A stretch of 61,902 nucleotides of DNA, the filler included. It is 5 parts of 5 records of this genome, joined end to end, with 100 filler letters (N's around TTAATTAATTAA, not from the genome) between each part and the next. Parts side by side here need not be neighbours in the genome. Positions count along the whole stretch, not along the records: positions 1 to 29,133 come from SRR9188676_1717; 4 more parts are not named here. One strand, written 5' to 3'. Below, one piece after another: positions 1 to 9,510 of the stretch. Positions within the stretch are counted from its first letter, which is position 1. Every line of letters begins with the position of its first letter. The notes under the pieces are model-generated. The model saw only the letters and a program-made list of their open reading frames with translations. It was not told where the DNA came from and ran no database searches. The position numbers were made by a program, and so were the translations under genes.

Positions 1-80
1 AAGTACTACAAAACTTTCGCATATTAGCGAGTTAGTGGCAAGCGTAACGAACCGATACAACGGACAAATAAAATGAGCTA

Positions 81-653
81 ATGAGCCAAATTTTACGACA
101 ACAAATAGAAAAAATAATTCAAATCACCGATACCGAGTTTGACTATATTTTGTCGCATTTTTCAAACAAGAAATTTAAAAAGCATCAGTTTGTAATTCAA
201 GAAGGACAATTAGTTGAAAATGATTTTTTTATTTTAAGCGGTTGTCTCAAATCATATAGTACAGATGCCAACGGCAAAGAACACATCATACAATTTGGGA
301 TGCAAGACTGGTGGATTACAGATTATCAAGCCTATTACAATCAAACCACAGCAACAGTAAATATTGACTGCATTGAAGAAACTGAATTGCTTTGCCTTTC
401 ATTCCAAAACAGAGAAAAACTTTGTGCAGAAATGCACAAAATTGAACATTTCTTTCGCAAAAAAACGAACAAAAGAAATGTAGCCTTACAAAATCGAATT
501 CTATCCTTATTGAGTAGCAATGCCAAAGAACGCTACGACAAATTATTAGAACAATATCCCCAACTTTTCCAAAAAGTTCCCAAGCAATTAATCGCTTCTT
601 ATCTTGGTGTAACAAGAGAAACTTTGAGCCGTTTCAACTCCTCAGCAAAATAA
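81..653 (+). CDS. Crp/Fnr family transcriptional regulator
   Basis: 190 aa; cNMP-binding-like N-terminus (FFILSGCLKSY...GKEHIIQF) and C-terminal HTH IASYLGVTRETLSR. Confidence 0.93.
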   Translation: MSQILRQQIEKIIQITDTEFDYILSHFSNKKFKKHQFVIQEGQLVENDFFILSGCLKSYSTDANGKEHIIQFGMQDWWITDYQAYYNQTTATVNIDCIEETELLCLSFQNREKLCAEMHKIEHFFRKKTNKRNVALQNRILSLLSSNAKERYDKLLEQYPQLFQKVPKQLIASYLGVTRETLSRFNSSAK

Positions 654-669
654 TGTGACGTACCTCACA
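654..669 (+). promoter_or_regulatory. CRP-type operator TGTGA-N6-TCACA upstream of yceI-nmo
   Basis: TGTGACGTACCTCACA directly after the Crp/Fnr stop; weaker second copy TGTGC-N6-TCATT at 677-692. Confidence 0.7.
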
Positions 670-750
670 TCAAAATTGTGCGGTATGTCATTTTCATTTC
701 TTTACATTCCATAGACCTTTGTGCCATTAATAATTTATAACAAAATTAAA

Positions 751-1275
751 ATGGCAAAATTTAAAATTCAAAAATCAAGCAGTACAGTAAACTGGACGGG
801 CAAAAAAGTATTAGGCTTACATACGGGAAGCATCAATATTGCAGACAGCTTTATAGAAATCACTGACAGCGTTATCAAAAGTGGTGAAATCCAAATTGAT
901 ATGACTTCAATTGTCATCACAGATATTGAAGATAAAAAAAATCATGATGATTTTCTGGCACATTTAAAAAATGATGATTTTTTTGCGGTTGATAAATTCA
1001 AAATTGCAAAACTTGTTATTTCTGGTTCAGAAAAAACAGAGAACAACAAATTGAAAGTTGATGGAATGCTGACAATAAAGGATATTTCACATCCTGTAAG
1101 TTTTATTGCTTCGGTTGAAATATTTACCGATTTTCTACACTCACTTGGCGAAATTGTAATAGACAGAACTCTGTATAATATTCGCTATGGTTCTGGTAAA
1201 TTTTTTCAAAAATTGGGCGACAATCTTATTTACGATGATTTTGTTTTGCAATTCAAACTTGTAGGACAAGCATAA
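751..1275 (+). CDS. YceI family (lipid/polyisoprenoid-binding) protein
   Basis: SSTVNWTGKKV..HTG, HLKNDDFF, G.LTIK, IDRT.YNI motifs; ATG at 751 preferred over GTG at 721. Confidence 0.9.
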   Translation: MAKFKIQKSSSTVNWTGKKVLGLHTGSINIADSFIEITDSVIKSGEIQIDMTSIVITDIEDKKNHDDFLAHLKNDDFFAVDKFKIAKLVISGSEKTENNKLKVDGMLTIKDISHPVSFIASVEIFTDFLHSLGEIVIDRTLYNIRYGSGKFFQKLGDNLIYDDFVLQFKLVGQA

Positions 1276-1287
1276 ACAAATTTTAAT

Positions 1288-2457
1288 ATGAAAAGGCGAA
1301 GTTCAATAAAAGCAATTGTGTTAGCAAGTGTTTCAAGTTCAAGCACTTCGCTTTCATCTTTTGCAAATCAAACAAAGGAAAAAAAAATGTGGAATAAAAC
1401 AAAATTCACAAAACTATTGGGAATTGATCTTCCAATAGTTCAAGGTCCTTTTGGTGGCGGTTTATCATCTGTAAATCTCACAAGTACAGTTTCTAATGCA
1501 GGTGGATTAGGCTCATTTGGCGGGCAACCTTTTTCTGCAAACGAAATAATTGAAACTTGTAAAACCATAAGAAAAGCAACAAGTAAACCTTTCAATATCA
1601 ACTTATGGGTAAACGACAGAGATGCTAGTTTGGCGACCTTTGATAATGAAGCGTATGAAAAATTGGTTGAACTTTTCAAACCATATTTCAACGAATTGGG
1701 GTTGCCATTACCACTAAGACCAACTAACCTTGGTCCAAAGTTTGAAGACCAAATTGAAGCAGTATTTGAAGCAAAACCAAAGGTTTTTAGTTTTGTCTAT
1801 GGTATTCCATCTTCTGATATTTTAGAAAAATGTAAATCGTTAGGGATTCTAACTGTTGGTGCTTCCACAACGGTTGATGAAGCCATTGCATTGGAAAATG
1901 CAGGAGTAGATGCAATAGTTGCCACTGGATTTGAAGCAGGTGGACATAGAGTTTCATTTTTAAGGTCAGCCGAAGATTCTTTAACTGGTACATTTTCACT
2001 AATTCCACAAGTTGCAGATAGCGTAAAAGTTCCCATAATTGCGGCTGGTGGTATTGCTGATGCAAGGGGAATAAAGGCAGCTTTGGCTTTGGGTGCAGAC
2101 GCTGTACAAATGGGAACAGCATTTTTAGCAACAGCTCAATCCAACGCTTCGGAAGACCATAAGGACAAACTTTTTACAGCAGAAGCAAAATATACAACGC
2201 TTACAAAAGTATTTACTGGCAGACTATCAAGGGGAATTAGAAATAGACTGACAGAAGAATTAAAAAATAACGAAGAATTGTTTGCACCATATCCATTACA
2301 AAGTAAATTTATGGGTTTACTAAAAGCATATCCTGCAACTTCAAATTCTAATCCTGACTTTAAGTCCTATTGGGCTGGACAATCTGCATCATTATTAAAA
2401 CATCGAGACGCTAAAATATTAATAGAAACATTGGTAAGCGAGATGAATAAAATGTGA
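1288..2457 (+). CDS. Nitronate monooxygenase family flavin oxidoreductase
   Basis: PIVQGP, GGLGS, GFEAGGHR, PIIAAGGIAD, GADAVQMGTAFL motifs; alternative start at 1387. Confidence 0.92.
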   Translation: MKRRSSIKAIVLASVSSSSTSLSSFANQTKEKKMWNKTKFTKLLGIDLPIVQGPFGGGLSSVNLTSTVSNAGGLGSFGGQPFSANEIIETCKTIRKATSKPFNINLWVNDRDASLATFDNEAYEKLVELFKPYFNELGLPLPLRPTNLGPKFEDQIEAVFEAKPKVFSFVYGIPSSDILEKCKSLGILTVGASTTVDEAIALENAGVDAIVATGFEAGGHRVSFLRSAEDSLTGTFSLIPQVADSVKVPIIAAGGIADARGIKAALALGADAVQMGTAFLATAQSNASEDHKDKLFTAEAKYTTLTKVFTGRLSRGIRNRLTEELKNNEELFAPYPLQSKFMGLLKAYPATSNSNPDFKSYWAGQSASLLKHRDAKILIETLVSEMNKM

Positions 2458-2491
2458 CTTGCATGACAGAAAACGTCAGCCATTAATAACT

Positions 2492-2528
2492 AGCCTTCGT
2501 CGTGTCTGAAAGCCATACGATGAAGGCT
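2492..2528. repeat. Stem-loop (possible terminator or REP-like hairpin) after nmo
   Basis: AGCCTTCGTCGT...ACGATGAAGGCT inverted repeat, 11/12 matched. Confidence 0.5.
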
Positions 2529-2569
2529 TATCTGGGCGGACGGCTAGTCTAGCGGTAGGCTTCGGCTGT

Positions 2570-2898
2570 TTATTAACTTCATGCCAGTCGTCTCATCGTT
2601 CGGGTGAAATGTCTTTAATAGGCAATAGTGCTTCATCAATTTATGTTTGTGTACCCTCTATTTTACTTGATAGCACGGCTTCTTTCATAATGTGTATGTG
2701 CAAAAACAAGTCTATATTAGGAACAAGCCTTGCATACGAGTTGACCTATCTGCAAAGATGCTTTTCAAGTAAATGATTCAAATTGGGGTCTTCCCATAGC
2801 CATTATCTATTTACCTTCTCTGGGATAAAGTATTTATAACCAGTACTAGTACCTTTGATTCCTGCGATGTATTCATCTAAATGAAGTGTTGATTCCAT
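2570..2898 (-). pseudogene. Fic family protein N-terminal fragment (stops and frameshift)
   Basis: Manual translation MESTLHLDEY...GYKYFIPEKVNR*W...LVPNIDLF...KEAVLSSKIEGTQT*IDEALL; EAVLSSKIEGTQ is typical of the Fic/DOC N-terminal domain. Confidence 0.8.
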
Positions 2899-3534
2899 GG
2901 TGTCTTTTGATGTGTTTAGTTCTGTACAAAAGTAAAATATACTCTATTTTACTTTTAAAACCTTCACAACACCAGTCCATTCATCAACATCGGTAATAAT
3001 CAATCTCCTAATTGAGCGGTTTGCTGGTTTGCCTATCAAATCGATATTTGGTTGGCTAATATAGGAGAGAGTAATCTTCTATTTATTTCTTTGTTTGGGT
3101 GTTTACAGGGATAATTTACTCCTCAAACTTGTCGTAAGTTGCTTCCTACGACTAATTCTGAGTTGAAAAAATGAAAACTCTAGTCTTATCGAAACCTCAC
3201 CACCAAAAGAGAAGCAATGATGTATTTCGGAAATCATTGGATAAACTGGGGGTGATTATTTGCAAATTCTTCATAGCGTTTTTCGTCCATGTTACTAATA
3301 GTAGAGCTTAATTTTCGCTCTTGCAATAGTTAAGAAAACTTTTAACAATAAGGTCATTAATCTAAGAATATAGTCATGATATTATTGAAATAGATAATTT
3401 TTAAAGAATAATAAGAGTATTATATTTTATAAACTTGTTTCTTGAAATCTGAGATTTCAAGGTGTAAAGAGACTGAACTTTTCGGACAGCCTCCTACATT
3501 GATTTCCCCTTTTATACTTAAAATCTCATCGTTA

Positions 3535-4071
3535 TTACTTGTTTTCAACGGCTTTCTTTAATAAATCTAAGCCTTGTTGATTCGTTTTTTCCATTTCAGC
3601 TTTTGTACCAAAGAGCCATAAAAAGAAGGCATCTACCAAACCAGATTCCAATTTAAAATCCTGTGATATTACAATGCCATCAGGACTTTCTTTGAAACTA
3701 TAATCAAAAATAGGTTCAGCACTAAATGGTTTCTGAATGTAGCATTTCATGCCAATAAATTGATAATTCACTACTTTCACAATTTCTTGATAGCCCAAGT
3801 CTTTACCTTCATTTCCTTCCCAATGATATTGTGCTCCCACTGTTCCATCATTCCCTTTTACTTCATATTTCAATGTTGGGTCTTGTGCTAAAAATGGCGA
3901 CCATTTAGGGAAGTTTTTTAAATATCGTACCATATCAAAAGCTTCTTCTTTTGAAGCCTTTACCGTTACCGATTTTATTATTTGGATAGAAGTAAGTCCG
4001 TTGGCTTTGTAAAACCCAAAACTCAAGAATGCTGCCAATGCAATGGCTATAATTGATAGTATCATTTTCAT
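3535..4071 (-). CDS. SRPBCC (START-like) family protein with N-terminal membrane anchor
   Basis: WSPF..DP, G.DGTVGA.YHWEGN motifs; hydrophobic N-terminus. Confidence 0.85.
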   Translation of the reverse strand: MKMILSIIAIALAAFLSFGFYKANGLTSIQIIKSVTVKASKEEAFDMVRYLKNFPKWSPFLAQDPTLKYEVKGNDGTVGAQYHWEGNEGKDLGYQEIVKVVNYQFIGMKCYIQKPFSAEPIFDYSFKESPDGIVISQDFKLESGLVDAFFLWLFGTKAEMEKTNQQGLDLLKKAVENK

Positions 4072-4133
4072 TTAATTTATAATTTAGATTAAGGAATCAG
4101 TACAATTTGAGTAATGTTTTATTTGATTAAATA

Positions 4134-4168
4134 ACTGACAATTAGCGATTTGAATGCCAATTGTCAGT
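4134..4168. repeat. Intergenic hairpin between yciI and the SRPBCC gene
   Basis: ACTGACAATTAGC...GCCAATTGTCAGT, 12/13 inverted repeat. Confidence 0.5.
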
Positions 4169-4192
4169 CACTATTTACGAAACATTACTTAA

Positions 4193-4540
4193 TTAGATCA
4201 TTTGAATATCTCTTACTTCAACCGAGCCCCCCATCAATAAAATAGGGCAGTCTTTGGCTATCTCAACAGCTTCGTCGAGGCTACTGGCTTTCACAATCAT
4301 ATTACCACCCAATATTTGTTTTTCTGAAATATACATACCAGAAATTACAGAATGGTCGGCAGAAATCTGTTTCCCTTCAAAACCAAGTTGATGAGTACTG
4401 ACTAATTTTTCTTGAATGGCAATGTTACCGATAAAAGCACCCCATTGTTGGTGCATTTCATCCATTTCGGCAGTTGTTGGTTGGTAGTCGAAACTTGGCT
4501 CATATCTGAACACTAGCATGAATTCTTTTTTCTGTTCCAT
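4193..4540 (-). CDS. YciI family protein
   Basis: KEFMLVFR, A.SLDEAVEIAKDCP.L..GGSVEVR motifs. Confidence 0.88.
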   Translation of the reverse strand: MEQKKEFMLVFRYEPSFDYQPTTAEMDEMHQQWGAFIGNIAIQEKLVSTHQLGFEGKQISADHSVISGMYISEKQILGGNMIVKASSLDEAVEIAKDCPILLMGGSVEVRDIQMI

Positions 4541-4568
4541 CGTTTTTTGTTATGTTTTAATGATGAAA

Positions 4569-4614
4569 CAAAGGTATAGTGGCGAAATATGCTTTGTCTT
4601 GCCATAGGACAAGA
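4569..4614 (-). promoter_or_regulatory. FNR-like palindrome plus Bacteroidota -7 element upstream of yciI
   Basis: TCTTG-N8-CAAGA at 4597-4614; TACCTTTG (TAnnTTTG) on the minus strand at 4569-4576. Confidence 0.6.
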
Positions 4615-4621
4615 ACTGAAT

Positions 4622-5338
4622 TTATACAGATTTTTTTTGTAATTTTTTGAAAATAGACGAGTGCAAAAACAAAATAGTAGGAGGGGCAAAAGCAGGAATA
4701 ATGCAAAAAGGAAATACAGCCAAAGTATCTACACCCATTGAACCAGTATCTATTGAGATTTTGGTGAGCACATTGGCAGCAATTGCAGTAAATAAAATAT
4801 CTAATGAGCCAAAGATATTCCAGATGTAGGTCAATTTTTTTGAATAACTTTTATTACTTCGTATGGCTTTTACCACAAAAATACTACTGATAGCCGTAAG
4901 TATATCGCCAAAACCAGCCAAGTATGCGAAGGTTTTGGGTAAAGCATCATAAAATGCAAGTAACACAAAAAAAACACCAATAAGCCTAAAAATATGAAGT
5001 TTTACAAGGTCTTCCAGATTCGTTTTTTCTAGAATACTTTGATAGATTTTTAGGTTAAAGATTACGCCAAAAAGTAAAAAAGCATAAGGGGAAGTTGTAT
5101 ATAAAAGTACTGCTGGAGGAAAAGATACTTTATCAAACCAACCACTAAAACTGGCGAAGGTTATATACAACAAGTACAAGATATAAAAGAGAGCTACCGC
5201 TTTATAAGTAAAATGTTTTTGTTGCGTAAAAGTTACTTTTCGTACCCACAAAACAATTATGATAAATGGAATACTTATGGCAATCAGAAATAAGGGCGAA
5301 AGCCATTGTGGTACGAAATAGTGTGTTAGTGTATTCAT
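4622..5338 (-). CDS. Multi-pass membrane protein, unknown function
   Basis: 238 aa, about 7 hydrophobic segments; ATGA overlap with the upstream Crp/Fnr gene. Confidence 0.8.
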   Translation of the reverse strand: MNTLTHYFVPQWLSPLFLIAISIPFIIIVLWVRKVTFTQQKHFTYKAVALFYILYLLYITFASFSGWFDKVSFPPAVLLYTTSPYAFLLFGVIFNLKIYQSILEKTNLEDLVKLHIFRLIGVFFVLLAFYDALPKTFAYLAGFGDILTAISSIFVVKAIRSNKSYSKKLTYIWNIFGSLDILFTAIAANVLTKISIDTGSMGVDTLAVFPFCIIPAFAPPTILFLHSSIFKKLQKKSV

Positions 5339-5916
5339 TTGTTATCTGCAATTTCTTTTCTAATTCTGCTTAAAGAGGTATCAGTAATGCCCAAGTAAGT
5401 GGCAATTTGTTTTAATGGAACGTTCTGTACAATATCAGGTTTTGTTTTTAATAAATTTAAGTAGCGTTCTTTTGCGGGGTCGGCAATAACAGAAACAGAA
5501 TGAGTTTTTAGTTCAAAATAATTATTTACTAAACGTGTTCGCCCTACTTCTCGGAAAGATTCAATATGAAATAATTTCATAAAATTTTCAAAAGAGATTT
5601 TCCATGCTGTGCAAGGACTTATCGCTTGGACATTCTCACGACATTTTGTTTTTAAAAAGTAAGAGTGCCAATCAATGATAATATCGGTTGAACTAAAAAA
5701 TTTGGTACTTATATCATTTCCATCTAAATCAATTACATAAGATCTGGCAAAACCAGCCTCCATAAAATAATAATAATTTGCTGTTGTACCTTCTTTAATT
5801 AGGTAATCGTTTTTAGCAAATTCAATTTTCTGGTATTGACCAAAAATGGTTTTTAAATCTTCTTCCTTGAAATTTTGTGGATTAAATATCTTATTCAAAA
5901 AATGATTGTCGTTCAT
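5335..5916 (-). CDS. Crp/Fnr family transcriptional regulator
   Basis: 193 aa; cNMP-like domain and HTH IATYLGITDTSLSRIR. Confidence 0.93.
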   Translation of the reverse strand: MNDNHFLNKIFNPQNFKEEDLKTIFGQYQKIEFAKNDYLIKEGTTANYYYFMEAGFARSYVIDLDGNDISTKFFSSTDIIIDWHSYFLKTKCRENVQAISPCTAWKISFENFMKLFHIESFREVGRTRLVNNYFELKTHSVSVIADPAKERYLNLLKTKPDIVQNVPLKQIATYLGITDTSLSRIRKEIADNK

Positions 5917-6171
5917 AAGGAAAGTTTTAGAGTAATCGATAAAGTAATCAGTAATTTACAGCGAATTAGCGGAAAAGAGCTTTTCCGTTTTCTAAAGTAT
6001 CATATTATTTTTTCATTTCTAAATTAAATAATTAATCTATGCTTTTAGGGAGCATTTGCTGGTTAAAACCTGTGGTTTTGAATTTTAAATATTGAAGTTT
6101 CAAATGAAGTATTTTTAATTTGATATAAGCGACGCTTCTCAGGCAACGTCCTCAATTTATTTATCGTTTTA

Positions 6172-6198
6172 ATTCAAAGTCTTAATTAGACTTTGAAT
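6172..6198. repeat. Perfect 11-bp inverted repeat (possible operator or hairpin)
   Basis: ATTCAAAGTCT-TAATT-AGACTTTGAAT. Confidence 0.5.
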
Positions 6199-6321
6199 AA
6201 TAAATACAAAACAGACTCTATTGATGAAGTAAAGATTAAATGCTAAACTATTATTTAAGAAAGTAAAAATTTTGTATTTAACAATACAAAAAGCACGACA
6301 AAATTTTCGTAAAAACACTTT

Positions 6322-6387
6322 GCCTAACATGTATTGGCGAAATAAACAGCGATGCTAGCTAGCTCTTCACTAATACGAACATTAGCT
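6322..6387 (+). mobile_element. Degenerate attC-like site
   Basis: GCCTAAC...GTATTGGCGAA / TTCACTAATAC...ATTAGC imperfect palindrome. Confidence 0.35.
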
Positions 6388-6432
6388 GTAAGCCTATGAC
6401 AAACTCAAACTAGTTGTAGGTTATTTTCTACA

Positions 6433-6497
6433 CCCCAAAATATTAAAAATCGTCCCGCTTGTACAATTTATCAAGGATAAATATTCCTTTTGCCTTG
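6433..6497 (+). repeat. 65-bp direct repeat, copy 1 (copy 2 at 9628-9692)
   Basis: Ungapped alignment at offset 3195, last 23 bp GGATAAATATTCCTTTTGCCTTG identical. Confidence 0.8.
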
Positions 6498-6901
6498 CAA
6501 TGGCAAAGACTAGTTTTGGTGAAAAACCTAATCTTATCGAAACCTCACGGCCCAAAGAAGGGTACAAATTTATATTCAAAAGCTATTTTACAACAGGATG
6601 TTTAAAATATTACAACCTGTTACATTTCAAAGCTTACAACACAGCAAGGCTACACATTTGTATGAACGAGGGACTACCAGAATATACAATTCATATTTTG
6701 TATTGTCATGAGACAGCATTCTCAAAAACAATAAATATAATTATTTGAGAATAAATCGCTTATAAATTGTAGATAGCTATTACTTAGTTTTAAAAAAAAC
6801 ATGCGTATAGTTACGAGTTATCAACAATCCTAACAGACACTCTTAAATAAACAACGACCTTATAATTTGGAAACTTTTATCAACCACTAAACTACTTTGA
6901 T

Positions 6902-6909
6902 TACCTTTG
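6902..6909 (+). promoter_or_regulatory. Bacteroidota -7 promoter element, probable leaderless transcript
   Basis: TACCTTTG ends 4 nt before the ATG at 6914. Confidence 0.6.
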
Positions 6910-6913
6910 CAAG

Positions 6914-7234
6914 ATGAAAATATTTTGTTTTATCTTATCAATTTGTGTACTTGTTCTTTCGACAGTTCCTTGCTGTTCGGACGACAACTGCATTGATGAA
7001 ACAAAAACAGAACAATCCGACAAACATTCTCAAGACGAACATCAAGGTTGTAACGGTTCTTGTTCACCCTTTTTTACTTGTGGTACTTGCGTTGGTTTTA
7101 CTTTTTCAAATACTACTCTCACTTTTGAGCTTTCAAAGGTTTTTTTTGAAAATGCTTTGTTAGTGCCTTCCTACAAAAATTTATTTGTAGATGATTTCAT
7201 TTCAAAAATTTGGCAACCGCCAAAAATAAGTTAG
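6914..7234 (+). CDS. Cys/His-rich small protein (DUF6660-like), candidate leader of the TonB receptor
   Basis: Signal-like N-terminus, PCC, CSPFFTCGTC, C-terminal IWQPPKIS. Confidence 0.8.
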   Translation: MKIFCFILSICVLVLSTVPCCSDDNCIDETKTEQSDKHSQDEHQGCNGSCSPFFTCGTCVGFTFSNTTLTFELSKVFFENALLVPSYKNLFVDDFISKIWQPPKIS

Positions 7235-7313
7235 TGAATATTGTGGCTTCGCTACAATTAAAAATTGGTGCTACGCACCGACTTCTAATTCATTAACTTA
7301 AATAATTTCCAGA

Positions 7314-9485
7314 ATGCAAAAAATATTTTTGCCTTTAATGGCATTTCTATATTCCGTAGTGACTTTCGGACAAAACAACTTTAAAGCCAACATCAAAGAC
7401 GTTGAAACAAAAGAACCATTAATTAACGCTACAGCAATTTTACAAGGTTATACTAATGGAGCAGCTGCCAACAAAAATGGTTTCGTAGAACTAAAAAATA
7501 TACCCAATGGTAAACAAGTAATTCTATTTCGTTTTATTGGCTATGCAGAGCGAATTGACACTTTGAATTTTCCATTAGTGCAGTCTGATACAATGGAAAT
7601 ATTCTTACATTCGGAAAACGAAGAAATGGAAGAAGTAGTAATAACTTCAACAAGAAGTAGCCGAACTATTGCAAGCATTCCTACAAGAATTGAAGCAATA
7701 TCAGGCGAAGAATTAACTGAAAAAGGCAATATGAAGCCAGGAGATATTAGAATGATGCTTAATGAGAGTACAGGCATTCAAACACAACAAACTTCGGCAA
7801 CTTCATATAATTCAAGTATCAGAATACAAGGACTTGACGGGAAATACACTCAGATATTAAGAGATGGACTTCCTTTATATTCAGGCTTTTCAGGTGGTTT
7901 AAGTTTATTACAAATTGTTCCACTTGACCTAAAACAGGTAGAACTTATCAAAGGAGCATCATCTACCCTTTATGGCGGCGGTGCAATAGCAGGCTTGGTA
8001 AATTTAATTTCAAAAACGCCAAAAGAGAAAAGAGAGCTCAGTTTTATGCTGAACAGAACATCAGCATTGGGACTTGATGCAAGTGGTTTTTATGCACAAA
8101 AATTCAAAAAAATTGGTGTAACGGTTTTTGCTTCTTACAATAAAGGAACTCCTTATGACCCTGCCAATATTGGACTTACTGCTATACCAAAATTTAATCG
8201 GTACACCCTTAATCCAAGACTATTTGTGTATTTCAACGATAAAACCACTTTAAATGTTGGCGTAAATACAACCATTGAAGACCGTATAGGTGGTAATATT
8301 AAGTACATAAAAAATGAAGCGAATAGTACAAATAGTTTTTTTGAAAAAAATAAAACAAATCGTATTAGTTCCCAACTTGGACTTGACCATCGTATCAACG
8401 AGCAATCAAAAATTTCATTCAAAAATAGTATCAGTTACTATGATAGAAGCATAGAAATTCCGAGTTTTAAGTTTTCAGGTGTGCAAGTTTCGTCATTTAG
8501 CGAAGCATCATATAATCATAAAACTGAAAGAACAGAGTGGATTACAGGCTTAAACCTTTGGACAGACAAATTCAATCAAAACCAATTTGGAAATAGTAAA
8601 TTAGTTGATTACACACATTCTACTTTTGGTGCATTTGTTCAAAACACTTGGAATGCAAGTGAAAATTTTGTTCTTGAAACAGGTATTCGTTGTGATTATC
8701 AAAACGAATACGGACTTTTTGCATTACCAAGAATTTCGACACTATTTAAAGCAAATCAAAAACTAACAATGCGTTTGGGTGGTGGTTTAGGGTACAAAAC
8801 ACCAACTATATTTTCTGAAGATGCCGAAAGAATACAATTTAGAAACGTATTGCCAATAGATGTTTCAAACACAAAAGCCGAGCAGTCAATAGGAACTAAT
8901 TTTGACATCAATTACAAAACATCTCTTTCAGATGAAGTCTTTTTATCTGTAAATACTTTGTTTTTTTACACACAAGTAGTCAATCCATTAGTGCTAATTC
9001 CTACTTCAAGCGGTTCATTTGAGTTTCAACAGCCAAACGGTTTTATTGACACAAAAGGAATAGAAACGAATGTAAAATTGACTTATAGCGACTTTAAACT
9101 TTTCATAGGCTATACTCTTGCAGATGTTAAGCAACATTATAACGGCAACCCAACGCAATTTCCTTTAGTAGCCAAGCATCGTTTAAACAATGTTTTGATG
9201 TACGAAATAGAAGATAAATTGAAAATTGGTTTGGAAGCATATTATTTCAGTCCACAAAAACTCAATGATGGAGCAATAGGAAAATCTTATTGGATTACGG
9301 GCTTGATGGCTGAAAAACTTTGGGAGAAATTTTCTATATTCATAAACTTTGAAAACTTCTTAGACACAAGACAGACAAGGTTTGACACCATTTATACAGG
9401 TTCAATTTCTAACCCAAATTTTAGAGATATTTATGCACCTGTGGACGGCTTTGTAGTTAACGGTGGGCTAAAAATTAAATTATAG
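7314..9485 (+). CDS. TonB-dependent receptor
   Basis: Signal peptide, carboxypeptidase-regulatory-like N-domain, EEVVITSTR, plug IRIQGLDG, ELIKGASSTLYGGGAIAGLVNLI. Confidence 0.95.
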   Translation: MQKIFLPLMAFLYSVVTFGQNNFKANIKDVETKEPLINATAILQGYTNGAAANKNGFVELKNIPNGKQVILFRFIGYAERIDTLNFPLVQSDTMEIFLHSENEEMEEVVITSTRSSRTIASIPTRIEAISGEELTEKGNMKPGDIRMMLNESTGIQTQQTSATSYNSSIRIQGLDGKYTQILRDGLPLYSGFSGGLSLLQIVPLDLKQVELIKGASSTLYGGGAIAGLVNLISKTPKEKRELSFMLNRTSALGLDASGFYAQKFKKIGVTVFASYNKGTPYDPANIGLTAIPKFNRYTLNPRLFVYFNDKTTLNVGVNTTIEDRIGGNIKYIKNEANSTNSFFEKNKTNRISSQLGLDHRINEQSKISFKNSISYYDRSIEIPSFKFSGVQVSSFSEASYNHKTERTEWITGLNLWTDKFNQNQFGNSKLVDYTHSTFGAFVQNTWNASENFVLETGIRCDYQNEYGLFALPRISTLFKANQKLTMRLGGGLGYKTPTIFSEDAERIQFRNVLPIDVSNTKAEQSIGTNFDINYKTSLSDEVFLSVNTLFFYTQVVNPLVLIPTSSGSFEFQQPNGFIDTKGIETNVKLTYSDFKLFIGYTLADVKQHYNGNPTQFPLVAKHRLNNVLMYEIEDKLKIGLEAYYFSPQKLNDGAIGKSYWITGLMAEKLWEKFSIFINFENFLDTRQTRFDTIYTGSISNPNFRDIYAPVDGFVVNGGLKIKL

Positions 9486-9510
9486 CAAAGTGGGTAGACA
9501 GAAAGGTGGG

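Noticed and set aside
6500-6748. 82-aa ORF
   Set aside because: Overlaps the dispersed repeat and has no recognisable motif; probably spurious
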